64,000 nucleotides of DNA from an uncultured Porphyromonadaceae bacterium. GTDB taxonomy: Bacteria; Bacteroidota; Bacteroidia; Bacteroidales; Barnesiellaceae_A. The notes beneath the pieces are model-generated. The model was not told the DNA's origin, searched no databases, and was given only the letters and a program-made list of their open reading frames with translations. The translations under genes and the position numbers were made by a program. Below are positions 30,877 to 41,769 of this stretch, piece after piece (the stretch's first letter is position 1; each line of letters begins with the position of its first letter). The stretch lies in assembly GCA_900538705.1 (NCBI GenBank), contig UPZG01000005.1:39415-103414 (forward strand), written 5' to 3'.

Positions 30877-31581
30877 CTATTCGTCAGCCTCGTAGAAACT
30901 TATATCCTCCATCAGCAAATCGCGCAATGCGTCACGATTGAGAATAACAACTTCTGTAGGTGTATAATCTATAATTTTTTCTTGCTTCAACTCGGCAAGC
31001 GACGAAAGCAAAACGGCACGTTGCACGCCGAAGTAACCATACAAATCGCGTTGTTTTGCAACGATGCGAATATCGGTAGCATTGCGCTGCGTAAGAGAAA
31101 GAATCCAAAAAGCAATACGCTCCTTCATATCGCCGGTACTTATGGAGAGGATAGCCTCCTTGTTTTTCTGACTGCGACGCGACAATATATTGAGCATATT
31201 GATGAGGAAAATAGGCTCGTCACGCATGAAGGTAATGAAAGTGGCCTTATCGATTTGCATCAAACCGGCCGAACCTATTGCATAATAATTTGCAGGATAA
31301 TGCGTTGTGCGTCCAAACATATGCTCGGGAGCTATAATATCTGGTGCATGTAACGTCTGTATCAGTCGTACTTTTCCATCGTAAGTACACATTTCGCATC
31401 GCAAACTGCCAGAAAGAAGAAATTTGAAATGCGTACAAGACTCAGAACGCCCTATGGCAAGCTCGCCATCGTTATATTTCAAGAAATGGAAACGGGTCTT
31501 GTCTATCAACTCTGACAGCTTACTCCTGCTTACACCTTGAAACAAAGGCAATTGCATTAAGGTCTGATAAATATTCTCCAT
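30877..31581 (-). CDS. Crp/Fnr family transcriptional regulator
   Basis: It has a cNMP-binding-like N-terminus (LPLFQGVSRSKLSELIDKTRFHFLKYNDGELA) and a C-terminal HTH (RDLYGYFGVQRAVLLSSLAELKQEKII). I chose the ATG at 31581 (MENIYQ) because a -7 box lies at 31603-31610, inside the longer ORF. Confidence 0.85.
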   Translation of the reverse strand: MENIYQTLMQLPLFQGVSRSKLSELIDKTRFHFLKYNDGELAIGRSESCTHFKFLLSGSLRCEMCTYDGKVRLIQTLHAPDIIAPEHMFGRTTHYPANYYAIGSAGLMQIDKATFITFMRDEPIFLINMLNILSRRSQKNKEAILSISTGDMKERIAFWILSLTQRNATDIRIVAKQRDLYGYFGVQRAVLLSSLAELKQEKIIDYTPTEVVILNRDALRDLLMEDISFYEADE

Positions 31582-31602
31582 TGTTTGATTGTTTTTAATA
31601 TT

Positions 31603-31610
31603 CAAAAGTA
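31603..31610 (-). promoter_or_regulatory. -7 promoter box TACTTTTG for the Crp/Fnr gene
   Basis: Minus-strand TAnnTTTG match 21 nt upstream of the ATG at 31581. Confidence 0.45.
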
Positions 31611-31690
31611 TAAAATGAATTTTTAGCATACAAGATGTGGAGGCAAAAGAAGTTCTTTGTTTAGAAAGTATTTATTTATTTTTTTTTCCT

Positions 31691-31698
31691 TAACTTTG
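31691..31698 (+). promoter_or_regulatory. -7 promoter box TAACTTTG for the MarC-family gene
   Basis: TAnnTTTG match 31 nt upstream of the ATG at 31730. Confidence 0.45.
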
Positions 31699-31729
31699 CG
31701 ACCGATAACCTTAAAAAACACAACCTACT

Positions 31730-32359
31730 ATGAGCAGCGACGTTTTATTGCAGCTAAAAGAGTTTTTCAACGCATTCTCATTCCAAGAATCCATCAGTTC
31801 GTTTATCATTATGTTTGCCGTCATAGATATGATAGGTCTCACACCTATCATCATAGACATGCGGTCAAAAGGGCAGTTTATCGACGCAGGTAAAGCCGCC
31901 ATCTACTCACTGTGCATGTTCTTGATATTTCTATTTCTCGGAACATCTATATTAGGACTATTTCATGTCGATGTAGCATCGTTTGCCATAGCCGGCTCGT
32001 TGGTGCTTTTTGCCATGGCTGTAGAGATGGTTTTGGGTATAGAGATATTCCGCAACGACGGCCCCGGCGGTAAAGCCGCGACGATGGTACCCATAGTATT
32101 TCCGCTTATAGCAGGAGCAGGTTCGTTCACAACACTCATATCGCTGCAATCATTATATAGCCTCATCAACGTACTTATAGGATTGTTACTCAATATCATA
32201 GTTGTATATGTTGTTCTATCGAAAGTAACACTTCTGGAACGTCTCCTTGGCAAAGGCGGTGTATACGTGGCACGAAAGTTTTTCGGTATTATCCTCCTTG
32301 CTGTATCGGTAAAGATGTTCCTTGAAAACCTTGCAAAATTCATGCAATCGGTACAATAG
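31730..32359 (+). CDS. MarC family (UPF0056) integral membrane protein
   Basis: 209 aa and 6 TM segments. The N-terminal FIIMFAVIDMIGLTPIIIDM resembles the MarC family signature. Confidence 0.8.
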   Translation: MSSDVLLQLKEFFNAFSFQESISSFIIMFAVIDMIGLTPIIIDMRSKGQFIDAGKAAIYSLCMFLIFLFLGTSILGLFHVDVASFAIAGSLVLFAMAVEMVLGIEIFRNDGPGGKAATMVPIVFPLIAGAGSFTTLISLQSLYSLINVLIGLLLNIIVVYVVLSKVTLLERLLGKGGVYVARKFFGIILLAVSVKMFLENLAKFMQSVQ

Positions 32360-32368
32360 AAAAAACTA

Positions 32369-32396
32369 AAGCACTTCTCTCGGGAAGTGCTTTTTT
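32369..32396 (+). terminator. rho-independent terminator after the MarC-family gene
   Basis: AAGCACTTC (32369-32377) pairs with GAAGTGCTT (32384-32392), and the T-run extends to 32396. Confidence 0.75.
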
Positions 32397-32592
32397 ATTG
32401 TGATTTTACTCGACATCATAGGCATGATATCATACTGAATTTCAAGTTATTGCAAAAACAAACTTATAGAATAATATTTTTTTATTTCTACATATTTGTT
32501 TTTTCAATATGAAAGTTATAAATTCGTATCACAAAAACAGCTCTTCGCATGCAGTAGAGCGCCTGAATAAGTTAACCTGATTCTTTGAAAAT

Positions 32593-34536
32593 ATGAGTTA
32601 CCTTAAATTTGACAAAAGACTCATGATAAACCTCGAACAGTCGCTTCGCAAGGAATTGCTGCGCACCAATCGTTCGGGAGCTTATCACTGCACCACCATT
32701 GTCGACTGTAACACCCGTAAGCAACACGGCTTACTGGTAATACCTATCCCCGAAATGGACGATGAAAGCCACGTTTTACTATCGTCGCTCGACGAGACTG
32801 TCATTCAACACGGGGCATCGTTCAACTTAGGATTGCATAAATACAATGGCGATTGCTTCAGCCCCAACGGGCACAAATACATTAGGGAATTTAATTGCGA
32901 CTCGTCTATACAGACAATGTACCGGGTAGGAGGTGTAATTCTTACCAAAGAAAAAGTTTTTGTCGAGCACGAGAACCGTATCCTTATCAAATACACGTTG
33001 GTCGAAGCTCATTCACCTACGACATTGCAATTCAGACCGTTTTTGGCATTCCGCCCGGCAAACACCCTTTGCATGGAAAACGACGCTCTTGTCCCCTCTC
33101 ACGAAAGTGCTGCCAACGGTATCAGTTGTTGCTTATATCATGGCTACCCCCGGCTATATATGCAATTCAACAAGCAAGCTCAATTCATATCCGACTCACA
33201 TTGGTATAAAGGCATAGAGTACCTCAAAGACCAAGAGCGCGGCGAGCCATTCCGCGAAGACCTTTATGTACCCGGCTACTTTGAGTTACCCATAAAAAAA
33301 GGCGAAAGCATTATTTTTTCGGCAGGCACAGGCGAAGCATCACCACGTACCTTATCGAGAACCTTCACCAACGAGGTTGCCAGCCGTACACCGCGTAACA
33401 GCTTTTTCAATTGTCTTAAAAACTCGGCGCAACAATTCTATTTCAAGAAGGGTAAAGACCTATATATTCTTGCCGGCTATCCGTTTTTCGGAGTGCGGGC
33501 ACGTGACGAATTCATAGCACTACCTGGCTGTTCGCTTGCAATAGACGACGTAAGCGCTTTTGAACAGACAATGGCCACTGCCGAACGGGCATTACGCCAT
33601 TACATGGAGTGTGGAGAGACCGACCCGGTAATAAAAGACATAGACGTACCCGACGTTATGCTGTGGGCTATATGGACCATACAGCACTATGCCCATGAGA
33701 TAGGGTCGAAACAATGCTACGAACGGTACGGCTCATTCATCGCCGACATATTGAATTACATCATCGAGGGTCGACACCCCAACCTCTTCATACACAACAA
33801 CGGATTGCTCTACTCCAACGGAAAAGAACGCCCCATATCGTGGATGAACAGCATGCTAAACGGTGCGCCTGTGACTCCCCGAAGCGGATATTTGGTAGAA
33901 ATAAACGGATTGTGGTATAACGCATTAAAATTTGCAGCTCAACTTTTTACAGAGAACAATGGCGATATAGCGCTTGCCAACCGTTGGAATGCATTGGCCG
34001 ATAAGAGTGGTGCTTCATTTGTGTCGACATTCCTCAACGACTACGGTTACCTGTTCGATTATGTAGACGGCAATATGACCGACTGGAGTGTACGTCCCAA
34101 CATGCTTATTGCCATCTCACTCGAATACTCTCCTCTCGACCGCAGACAACGCAAAGGAATACTTGACATCGTAACCAAAGAATTACTCACCCCCAAAGGC
34201 ATACGTACACTCAGCCCCAAAAGCTACGGATACCGTCCGTGGTATGCAGGGTCACCCGAAGAGCGTGCATACGCCTATCATCAAGGCTCTACACGTCCTT
34301 GGTTGATGGGAGCATATGCAGCAGCATACCTGCGCATCTTCGGTGTTGGAGGCGTTTCGTTTATAGAACGCATGCTCATAGGCTACGAGGATGACTTGTC
34401 TGACAAATGTATAGGCTCACTCTCTGAGATGTTCGACGGCAACCCACCCTACACGGCACGTGGAGCCATTAGCTTTGCCGCCAACGTAGGAGAAGTGTTG
34501 CGCGTATTACACTCATTAAAGAAATATAATGTTTGA
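32593..34536 (+). CDS. glycogen debranching enzyme-type protein (N-terminal GDE domain plus amylo-alpha-1,6-glucosidase catalytic domain)
   Basis: 647 aa. The N-terminus MSYLKFDKRLMINLEQSLRKELLRTNRSGAYHCTTIVDCNTRKQHGLLV and the (alpha/alpha)6-type C-terminal half match this family. It is the first gene of a conserved trio with GT4 and GH57. Confidence 0.8.
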   Translation: MSYLKFDKRLMINLEQSLRKELLRTNRSGAYHCTTIVDCNTRKQHGLLVIPIPEMDDESHVLLSSLDETVIQHGASFNLGLHKYNGDCFSPNGHKYIREFNCDSSIQTMYRVGGVILTKEKVFVEHENRILIKYTLVEAHSPTTLQFRPFLAFRPANTLCMENDALVPSHESAANGISCCLYHGYPRLYMQFNKQAQFISDSHWYKGIEYLKDQERGEPFREDLYVPGYFELPIKKGESIIFSAGTGEASPRTLSRTFTNEVASRTPRNSFFNCLKNSAQQFYFKKGKDLYILAGYPFFGVRARDEFIALPGCSLAIDDVSAFEQTMATAERALRHYMECGETDPVIKDIDVPDVMLWAIWTIQHYAHEIGSKQCYERYGSFIADILNYIIEGRHPNLFIHNNGLLYSNGKERPISWMNSMLNGAPVTPRSGYLVEINGLWYNALKFAAQLFTENNGDIALANRWNALADKSGASFVSTFLNDYGYLFDYVDGNMTDWSVRPNMLIAISLEYSPLDRRQRKGILDIVTKELLTPKGIRTLSPKSYGYRPWYAGSPEERAYAYHQGSTRPWLMGAYAAAYLRIFGVGGVSFIERMLIGYEDDLSDKCIGSLSEMFDGNPPYTARGAISFAANVGEVLRVLHSLKKYNV

Positions 34537-34553
34537 TTAAAACAGATATACCT

Positions 34554-35828
34554 ATGAAAGCACTCATGTTTGGGTGGGAATTTCCTCCGCATATTCTCGG
34601 CGGCCTTGGCACAGCAAGTTATGGCCTTACCAAGGGTATGGCCGAGTGCGGTGGGATGGATATCACCTTTGTAATACCAAAACCATACGGCGATGAAGAT
34701 AAAAGTTTTGCCCGTATCATCGGCGCAGGAAACACGCCGGTAGCCTGGCGTGACGTAAGCTGGGACTACGTGCAAAACCGCTATGGCTATTGTATGGACC
34801 CTCAACTATACTTCGACCTGAGAAGCCATATTTATGCCGATTTCAACTACTTAAAGACCAACGATTTAGGATGTATAGAATTTTCAGGCCGTTACCCCGA
34901 CAATCTTCTGGAAGAAATAAACAACTACTCTATCGTAGCCGGCGTAATAGCTCGTACCTTAGACTTTGACATCATACACTCGCACGACTGGCTCACCTAC
35001 CCTGCCGGAATACATGCAAAACAAGTCACAGGCAAACCGTTGGTAATACACGTGCATGCTACCGACTTCGACCGCAGCCGGGGCAACGTCAACCCTACGG
35101 TATATGCCATAGAACGTGACGGAATGCTCAATGCAGATCATATCATCTGCGTGAGCAACCTTACTCGACAAACCGTCATTGACAAATATCATATCGATCC
35201 GGCCAAAGTATCGACAGTACATAACGCCGTGACACCTCTTAGCGACGAAATAAAGAGTATAGTAATGCCCCACAATACCAAAGACAAAGTGGTAACTTTC
35301 CTTGGTCGTATTACGATGCAAAAAGGCCCCGAATATTTTGTGGAAGCTGCAGCCCGTGTACTCAACAAATCGCACCACGTACGCTTTGTCATGGCTGGTA
35401 GCGGCGATATGATGAACCAAATGATAAACCTTGTAGCCGACCGTGGCATATCCGACCGGTTCCACTTCACGGGATTTTTACGCGGTAAAGAAGTTTACGA
35501 AATGCTCAAAGCCAGCGACGTATATATCATGCCATCGGTATCGGAGCCTTTCGGCATATCGCCCTTGGAAGCTATGCAAGTAGGCGTTCCCTCTATCATT
35601 TCAAAACAATCGGGTTGCGCCGAGATTCTCGACAACGTAATCAAAGTAGATTACTGGGACATCGACGCCATGGCCGACGCCATATACTCTATTACACACA
35701 ACCCGGCCTTGTATGAGCACCTACGTGTCGAAGGCGAAGCCGAGGTAAATGAAATAAAATGGAAATATGCCGGACAAAAGGTGATAGACATATATAACAA
35801 GGTTCTGCAACAATACCACAAAAATTAA
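34554..35828 (+). CDS. glycosyltransferase family 4 protein (glycogen-synthase-like)
   Basis: MKALMFGWEFPPHILGGLGTASYGL... and the EPFGISPLEAM E-x7-E motif. The ORF-track start at 34533 is TTG, so I used the first ATG at 34554. Confidence 0.85.
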   Translation: MKALMFGWEFPPHILGGLGTASYGLTKGMAECGGMDITFVIPKPYGDEDKSFARIIGAGNTPVAWRDVSWDYVQNRYGYCMDPQLYFDLRSHIYADFNYLKTNDLGCIEFSGRYPDNLLEEINNYSIVAGVIARTLDFDIIHSHDWLTYPAGIHAKQVTGKPLVIHVHATDFDRSRGNVNPTVYAIERDGMLNADHIICVSNLTRQTVIDKYHIDPAKVSTVHNAVTPLSDEIKSIVMPHNTKDKVVTFLGRITMQKGPEYFVEAAARVLNKSHHVRFVMAGSGDMMNQMINLVADRGISDRFHFTGFLRGKEVYEMLKASDVYIMPSVSEPFGISPLEAMQVGVPSIISKQSGCAEILDNVIKVDYWDIDAMADAIYSITHNPALYEHLRVEGEAEVNEIKWKYAGQKVIDIYNKVLQQYHKN

Positions 35829-35865
35829 ATTCCATAAATAGCCGAAATAAAAAACCTAATATATT

Positions 35866-37242
35866 ATGAAAAGTATCTGTTTGTATTTTCAAATCCACCA
35901 ACCATTCAGGTTAAAAAGATACCGCTTCTTTGATATAGGAAAAGACCATTACTACTACGATGACTTTGCCAACGACGACATCATCACACGCATAGCACGC
36001 AACTCCTACATACCTGCCGTAGAGGCCATGAATGAGATGGTGCACACGTCTGGTGGCAAATTCAAGGTTGCCATCTCCATCTCTGGTGTAGCTTTGGAAC
36101 AATTGGAAATGTACGTTCCTGAACTGATAGACAGCCTCAAAGAGCTGGCTAAAACAGGTTGTGTAGAGTTCCTTTCAGAGACCTATGCCCACTCTCTCGC
36201 ATCACTTGCCGACGTCGAAGAATTCCGTGCACAAGTACAACTACATGACGAAAAAATATACAACCTTTTCGGACAACATCCCAAGGTATTCCGCAATACC
36301 GAACTTATCTTCTCTGACGAAATAGCAGGTATGATTTCGGGATTGGGATTCAAAGGTGTTATCACAGAGGGAGCCAAACATATATTGGGTTGGAAGAGTC
36401 CTAACTACCTGTATAACTCGATGGCTTCTCCTCGACTGAAGATGTTACTTAAAAATGACACATTTAGCGACAATATTGCCCGCAATTTCTCAGATTTCGA
36501 GTGGAGCGACTACCCACTGACTGCCGAGAAGTATATCAGTTGGATAAAAGGGCTACCCGAGGAAGAACCTCTCGTCAACCTCTTTATGAACTGTGAAGTA
36601 TTGGGTGAAAGCCAACCACGTGAAACAGGTATTTTCGAATTTTTCAAAGCTCTGCCCCGCTTTGCCGAGGAGGCCGGCATAGGCTTCATATTACCCTCAG
36701 AAGCCATTGGCAAGCTAAAGCCCGTAGATGCACTGTCTATACCATACCCTATATCTTGGACCGACGAAGCCCGCGACGTGAGTACATGGCTGGGTAACCG
36801 ACTACAAAACGAAGCTTTCCACAAGCTATATAACTTGTCGGAGCGCGTACGCATGTGCGAAGACCGCCGTATCAAACAAGACTGGATATATCTACAGGCA
36901 AGTGACCACTTCTTCTACATGTCGACCAAGTATGGTTCCGGTAAAAGCTCTTACAGCCCCTACGACTCGCCATTCGATGCCTTTATCAACTACATGAACG
37001 TACTAAGCGACTTTATCGTACGAGTAGAAGAGCAATATCCTGCACAGATAGAAAACGAAGAGTTGAACTCACTACTCACAACTATACGCAACCAAGCAAG
37101 TGAGATAGAAATGCTCGAAAAGGAACTAAAGTCGGCACGTACCGATAAACAAGGAGCACACACTGCCAAGTCGACGAAAACGACTAAGACACCTGCTAAA
37201 TCGGCCAAGACAACCAAGAAAACCGAAATTACAAAAGAATAA
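35866..37242 (+). CDS. glycoside hydrolase family 57 protein (alpha-amylase/branching-enzyme type)
   Basis: MKSICLYFQIHQPFRLKRYRFFDIG matches GH57 region I (HQP). It has a Lys/Thr-rich C-terminal tail. Confidence 0.85.
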   Translation: MKSICLYFQIHQPFRLKRYRFFDIGKDHYYYDDFANDDIITRIARNSYIPAVEAMNEMVHTSGGKFKVAISISGVALEQLEMYVPELIDSLKELAKTGCVEFLSETYAHSLASLADVEEFRAQVQLHDEKIYNLFGQHPKVFRNTELIFSDEIAGMISGLGFKGVITEGAKHILGWKSPNYLYNSMASPRLKMLLKNDTFSDNIARNFSDFEWSDYPLTAEKYISWIKGLPEEEPLVNLFMNCEVLGESQPRETGIFEFFKALPRFAEEAGIGFILPSEAIGKLKPVDALSIPYPISWTDEARDVSTWLGNRLQNEAFHKLYNLSERVRMCEDRRIKQDWIYLQASDHFFYMSTKYGSGKSSYSPYDSPFDAFINYMNVLSDFIVRVEEQYPAQIENEELNSLLTTIRNQASEIEMLEKELKSARTDKQGAHTAKSTKTTKTPAKSAKTTKKTEITKE

Positions 37243-37279
37243 GGCAGGATATCATTAATTATAAAAACAGAACAAAAAA

Positions 37280-37317
37280 CGGAGTGTCTGCCAAATAAAA
37301 TGCCAGACACTCCGTTT
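37280..37317 (+). terminator. hairpin terminator after the GH57 gene
   Basis: The perfect 11-bp stem is CGGAGTGTCTG (37280-37290) with CAGACACTCCG (37304-37314), followed by TTT. The alternative ATG at 37300 lies inside this hairpin. Confidence 0.65.
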
Positions 37318-37338
37318 CCACCTTTTAGAAACCACAAT

Positions 37339-38214
37339 ATGACAACAAAATTTTTCCCCGAATCGGAACTCATCATCAACGAGGATGGTAGCGCATTCCA
37401 CATACACATCCGCCCCGAACAACTGTGCGACCGCATCATAATGGTTGGCGACCCTGGTAGAGTAAACCTCGTAGCCTCATTTTTCTCCGAAAAAACATTC
37501 GAGGTATCTAACCGCGAATTTCACACCATAGGCGGTATCTATAAAGGGAAACCCGTCATGTGTATCTCGCACGGAATTGGTACCGACAACATAGATATTG
37601 TAATAAATGAATTGGATGCTCTCGCCAATATCGATTTTACCACACGTCACGAAAAACCAGAGCATCGTGCCCTGACAATAGTAAGATGCGGCACATGCGG
37701 AGGGTTGCAACCTCACGTACCCATAGGCTCATACATTATATCAGAAAAATCGATAGGATTTGACGGAGTACTCAATTTCTACCGAGGCCGTAATGAAGTA
37801 TGTGACCTCGATTTTGAGAAAGCATTCTGCGAATCGGTACAATGGAATCCCCTTTGGGCCAAACCTTACGTTATCGATAACGATCCCGAACTGATAGCAC
37901 GTCTCGAAGATAACGACACAGTTCGCGGTGTCACCATATCGGCAAACGGTTTTTATGGGCCACAAGGTCGTGAATTACGAGTTCCTCTTGCCGACCCCGA
38001 CTTAAACAAAAAAATAGAACAATTCAAATACGGGAAATATGTCATTACCAACTACGAGATGGAAAGCTCGGCTCTTGCCGGACTTGCCCGCCTCATGGGA
38101 CATCATGCCGTAACTATTTGCATGGTTATAGCTAACCGCTTGGCACAACATGCCAACTCGAACTACAAATCGTCTATAGGCGACATGATAGAAAAAGTGC
38201 TCGACCGAATTTAA
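37339..38214 (+). CDS. nucleoside phosphorylase (PNP/UDP-1 family)
   Basis: The sequence IIMVGDPGRVNLVASFF...CISHGIGTDNIDIVINEL...VRCGTCGG...EMESSAL is typical of the family. I chose the ATG at 37339 (MTTKFF) because it lies downstream of the terminator hairpin. Confidence 0.82.
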   Translation: MTTKFFPESELIINEDGSAFHIHIRPEQLCDRIIMVGDPGRVNLVASFFSEKTFEVSNREFHTIGGIYKGKPVMCISHGIGTDNIDIVINELDALANIDFTTRHEKPEHRALTIVRCGTCGGLQPHVPIGSYIISEKSIGFDGVLNFYRGRNEVCDLDFEKAFCESVQWNPLWAKPYVIDNDPELIARLEDNDTVRGVTISANGFYGPQGRELRVPLADPDLNKKIEQFKYGKYVITNYEMESSALAGLARLMGHHAVTICMVIANRLAQHANSNYKSSIGDMIEKVLDRI

Positions 38215-38240
38215 TAAACTTCTTATAACCACAAAACTAT

Positions 38241-38666
38241 ATGTATAGCGATCCTAAAGAATGCCTCTATTGCCAAAACAATAAGGCTCTGCACGACCTG
38301 ATGATAGAGATAGCCCATCTGACAGTATCACGCGTATTTCTATTCAAAGAACAGACCTACCACGGCCGTTGCCTCGTCGCATACGACAAGCATGTAAACG
38401 ACCTGAACGAGTTGTCGGACGACGAACGCAATGCCTTTATGGCCGATGTAACCCGCGTAACAAGAGCCATGCAACGTGCATTTAATCCAGAAAAAATAAA
38501 CTACGGAGCTTACAGTGACAAACTCTCGCATCTTCACTTTCACTTAGCTCCTAAATATGTAGACGGGCCAGATTATGGCGGCACTTTCCGTATGAATCCT
38601 GGTGAAACATACCTCACCGATGCCGAATACGAGCAGCTCATTGCCGAAATAAAAAAATACTTATAA
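38241..38666 (+). CDS. HIT (histidine triad) family protein
   Basis: 141 aa with an N-terminal CxxC (CLYCQ) and the histidine triad HLHFHLAP. Confidence 0.85.
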   Translation: MYSDPKECLYCQNNKALHDLMIEIAHLTVSRVFLFKEQTYHGRCLVAYDKHVNDLNELSDDERNAFMADVTRVTRAMQRAFNPEKINYGAYSDKLSHLHFHLAPKYVDGPDYGGTFRMNPGETYLTDAEYEQLIAEIKKYL

Positions 38667-38691
38667 GAGAGGCTACATTTAGAAGAAAAAA

Positions 38692-38723
38692 TTTGCAAGT
38701 ATCGCATCTAAGCCGTACCTTTG
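38692..38723 (+). promoter_or_regulatory. complete Bacteroidetes sigma-A promoter for rpsP, with both -33 TTTG and -7 TACCTTTG
   Basis: TTTG at 38692-38695 and TACCTTTG at 38716-38723 are separated by 20 nt. The ATG lies 36 nt downstream. Confidence 0.6.
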
Positions 38724-38759
38724 CACCGCTAATGCAAAAACTAATAAAAACAATTTTAA

Positions 38760-39323
38760 ATGGCAACAAAAATCAGATTACAACGCTTCGGCCGTAAAGG
38801 CTACGCATTCTATCAAATTGTAATTGCCGATAGCAGGGCGCCACGTGATGGTAGATTTATTGAAAGGATAGGTTCTTATAATCCGAACACTAATCCTGCT
38901 ACAATAGATTTAAAATTCGATCGTGCTTTGTATTGGCTCAACGTCGGCGCACAACCCACCGACACAGTTCGCAACATTCTCTCTCGCGAAGGCGTATTAC
39001 TGAAAAAGCACCTTTTGGGTGGCGTAAAGAAAGGCGCATTTACCGAGGAAGTTGCCGAGCAACGCTTCCAAGCATGGTTGGCCAACAAGCAAAATGCTAC
39101 TTCGGCATTGAAGCTCAAAGCCATCGATGATGCTAAGAAAGTTGCTGCTGCTCGTTTGGAGGCAGAAAAAGAGGTGAATAAAGCCATCGCAGAACGCGTG
39201 GCCACCAAGAAAGCTGAGCTTGCCAAAGCTGCTGCCGAGGCCGCCGCTGCAGCTGCTGCAACCGAGGCTCCTGCCGAGGAAGCTGCTGCCACAGAAGCTC
39301 CAGCTACTGAAAATGCTGAATAA
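38760..39323 (+). CDS. rpsP: 30S ribosomal protein S16 with an Ala/Glu/Lys-rich C-terminal extension
   Basis: [46 protein letters not shown] is canonical bS16. Residues ~90-187 form a low-complexity tail. Confidence 0.95.
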   Translation: MATKIRLQRFGRKGYAFYQIVIADSRAPRDGRFIERIGSYNPNTNPATIDLKFDRALYWLNVGAQPTDTVRNILSREGVLLKKHLLGGVKKGAFTEEVAEQRFQAWLANKQNATSALKLKAIDDAKKVAAARLEAEKEVNKAIAERVATKKAELAKAAAEAAAAAAATEAPAEEAAATEAPATENAE

Positions 39324-39366
39324 TATTCCCCTCCCGCAAGGGATGTGAACAAATACAGCAAAAAGA

Positions 39367-39399
39367 AATCCCCGTCCTTTAAAAGGATGGGGATTTTTT
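39367..39399 (+). terminator. rho-independent terminator after rpsP
   Basis: AAATCCCCGTCCTT pairs with AAGGATGGGGATTT, with one G-U pair, followed by a T-run ending at 39399. Confidence 0.75.
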
Positions 39400-39520
39400 A
39401 TATCGCGAAACGATATTCAATCATAAAAATACAATTACTACCCAAAATTCTTAGCCCGATATAGCATCCGGCTACCAATACATTCTCGTACTTACTACTT
39501 ATACGACGATTGCAAACCAG

Positions 39521-40105
39521 CTATTCTCCGGTAACTTTCAGATACTCATCAGCTACTTCACAGAGGGTTTTATACCACTCCTCACCCATGCAACGAATCA
39601 ACGGCTCTTTCAGGAATTGATAAACTCGTACCTTTTCGCGTCGTCCTAAGACCTCGGCAGCCTTACAAATCTTCCATCGGTGGTAGTTGAGCGCAGTATA
39701 TCCATTTGCCCAACGTTGCACTCGCACAGGATAAAGATGACACGAAATAGGCTTAAAAAAGGCAGAACGTCCCTCGCGGTAGGCTTTCTCGAGTGCACAA
39801 TAACAGATGCCATTGTTACCATAACAAGTAAAGACACAGTCACGTCCGTCGACGATAGAAGTCACAAGGTCGGCCTCTTCATCAATATAAGCAACTCCCT
39901 GCTCTTGTATTACGGCTTGCGCAGCGGGGCTGAGGTCTTCCCACACAGCCGGCAACGCCGCTTCTATAGCACGGCGTTCATCGGGTGTAATAGGAGCTCC
40001 TGCATCACCGTCGATACAACACTCTCCTCGACATGCCTCTATATTGCATACGAAAAAGCGCTCTATAATGTCGAGCGAAACGAGGGTATTTTCTATTTGT
40101 AACAT
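39521..40105 (-). CDS. Cys-rich conserved hypothetical protein (recalled as DUF3109-like)
   Basis: 194 aa. The N-terminus MLQIENTLVSLDIIERFFVCNIEACRGECCIDGDAGAPI has clustered Cys residues. The family name is from memory only. Confidence 0.6.
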   Translation of the reverse strand: MLQIENTLVSLDIIERFFVCNIEACRGECCIDGDAGAPITPDERRAIEAALPAVWEDLSPAAQAVIQEQGVAYIDEEADLVTSIVDGRDCVFTCYGNNGICYCALEKAYREGRSAFFKPISCHLYPVRVQRWANGYTALNYHRWKICKAAEVLGRREKVRVYQFLKEPLIRCMGEEWYKTLCEVADEYLKVTGE

Positions 40106-40125
40106 AGTTTTGTAAAGATATATAA

Positions 40126-40182
40126 ATGGTGCGGATTAAACCTATTCACAGAACAATTTTTTTGAGGTTCAATCCGCACCAT
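40126..40182 (-). terminator. long-loop hairpin after gpmI, a possible terminator
   Basis: 12-bp inverted repeat ATGGTGCGGATT (40126-40137) and AATCCGCACCAT (40171-40182) with a 33-nt loop. On the minus strand an A/T-rich stretch follows. Confidence 0.4.
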
Positions 40183-40206
40183 GTGCGAAATCAGAAACTA
40201 AAAAGT

Positions 40207-41724
40207 TTAGTCTTTTATCAGATCTTTGCCTGTCATCTCAGCTGGTACAGGCAAACCCATAATGTGCAGCAAAGACGGAGCTACATCGGCCAAAATACCG
40301 TTCTCTACGGTAGCATGTTTGTTCTCTGTCACATATACAAAAGGCACGGGATTGAGCGAGTGCGCAGTATTAGGAGTACCATCACCATTGAGAGCATGGT
40401 CGGCATTACCATGGTCTGCAATGATTATAACTTCATAACCGGCAGCCTTAGCAGCCTCTACAGTCTCATTAACACATTGGTCTACAGCCTTTACGGCTTT
40501 TTCTATGGCTTCATATACGCCGGTATGGCCTACCATATCGCCATTGGCATAATTAACAACAATAAAGTCGTACTTTTCAGAACGAATAGCCTCTACCAAT
40601 TTATCTTTCACTTCAAAAGCGCTCATCTCGGGTTTCAAGTCGTAAGTTGCCACCTTGGGAGAAGGCACCAAAATACGTTCCTCACCTTCGAAAGGAGCTT
40701 CACGGCCACCATTAAAGAAGAAGGTTACATGGGCATATTTCTCTGTCTCGGCAATATGCAACTGATGCATACCCTTAGAAGAAAGATATTCGCCCAGCGT
40801 ATTTACTACATTCTCCTTATCAAAAAGGATGTGTATGCCCTTGAAAGAAGCATCATAGGGAGTCATGCAATAATATTGTAGCCCAGGGATAGTGTGCATA
40901 CCTGCCTCAGGCATATCTTGCTGTGTCAGCACAATAGTGAGCTCCTTGGCACGGTCGTTGCGATAGTTAAAGAAGATAACTACATCACCCTCTTTTATGG
41001 TACCGTCAAACGAAGCATTGACGATAGGCTTGATAAATTCATCGGTAACGCCTTCATCATAAGATTCCTGCATAGCAGCAACCAAGTCGGTAGCCTTTTT
41101 ACCCTCACCATGTACCAACAGGTCATATGCAACCTTGATGCGCTCCCAACGCTTATCGCGGTCCATGGCATAGTAACGGCCGATGATAGAAGCTATCTTA
41201 CCGGCACTGTGGGCACAATGCTCCTGCAACTCGGCAATAAAACCTTTTCCACTGTGCGGGTCGGTATCACGACCATCCATAAAGCAATGAATGAAGGTAT
41301 TGTCCAATCCATATTCACGCGCAATGTCACAAAGTTTGAAGAGATGCTCAAGAGAGCTGTGCACGCCACCATTAGAGGTAAGCCCCATGAAGTGAATATT
41401 TTTCTTATGATCGCGAGCATATGTGAATGCCGAAACAATCTCAGGGTTTTTCAATATGGAATTATCGGCACAAGCACGATTTATTTTCACCAAATCCTGA
41501 TATACAATTCTGCCGGCACCAATGTTAAGGTGTCCAACCTCCGAGTTACCCATCTGACCATTGGGAAGCCCCACATTCTCACCACTGGCTTGCAGTTGTG
41601 AATGAGGATAAGTAGCTGTAAGATAGTCCCAATATGGTGTAGGAGTGCAATAAATGACATCGGCCTTCGAGTGGTCACCCAAGCCCCAGCCGTCGAGAAT
41701 CATCAATAATGCTTTTTTACTCAT
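40207..41724 (-). CDS. gpmI: 2,3-bisphosphoglycerate-independent phosphoglycerate mutase
   Basis: 505 aa. [16 protein letters not shown]...[13 protein letters not shown]...ADHGNAD is an unambiguous iPGM. Confidence 0.96.
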   Translation of the reverse strand: MSKKALLMILDGWGLGDHSKADVIYCTPTPYWDYLTATYPHSQLQASGENVGLPNGQMGNSEVGHLNIGAGRIVYQDLVKINRACADNSILKNPEIVSAFTYARDHKKNIHFMGLTSNGGVHSSLEHLFKLCDIAREYGLDNTFIHCFMDGRDTDPHSGKGFIAELQEHCAHSAGKIASIIGRYYAMDRDKRWERIKVAYDLLVHGEGKKATDLVAAMQESYDEGVTDEFIKPIVNASFDGTIKEGDVVIFFNYRNDRAKELTIVLTQQDMPEAGMHTIPGLQYYCMTPYDASFKGIHILFDKENVVNTLGEYLSSKGMHQLHIAETEKYAHVTFFFNGGREAPFEGEERILVPSPKVATYDLKPEMSAFEVKDKLVEAIRSEKYDFIVVNYANGDMVGHTGVYEAIEKAVKAVDQCVNETVEAAKAAGYEVIIIADHGNADHALNGDGTPNTAHSLNPVPFVYVTENKHATVENGILADVAPSLLHIMGLPVPAEMTGKDLIKD

Positions 41725-41769
41725 AATCTATAAATTTTGATGGTTATTAATACCTTGAAAATCCAAGCG

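Noticed and set aside
38876-39361. A 161-aa Ala-rich ORF antisense to rpsP, and the Ala/Glu-rich tail of S16 as a possible separate gene or repeat.
   Set aside because: The antisense ORF is produced by the GCN/GAR-rich codons of the S16 C-terminal extension. The extension is contiguous and in frame with canonical bS16, and long low-complexity tails on S16 are common in Bacteroidetes. It is therefore not treated as novel.
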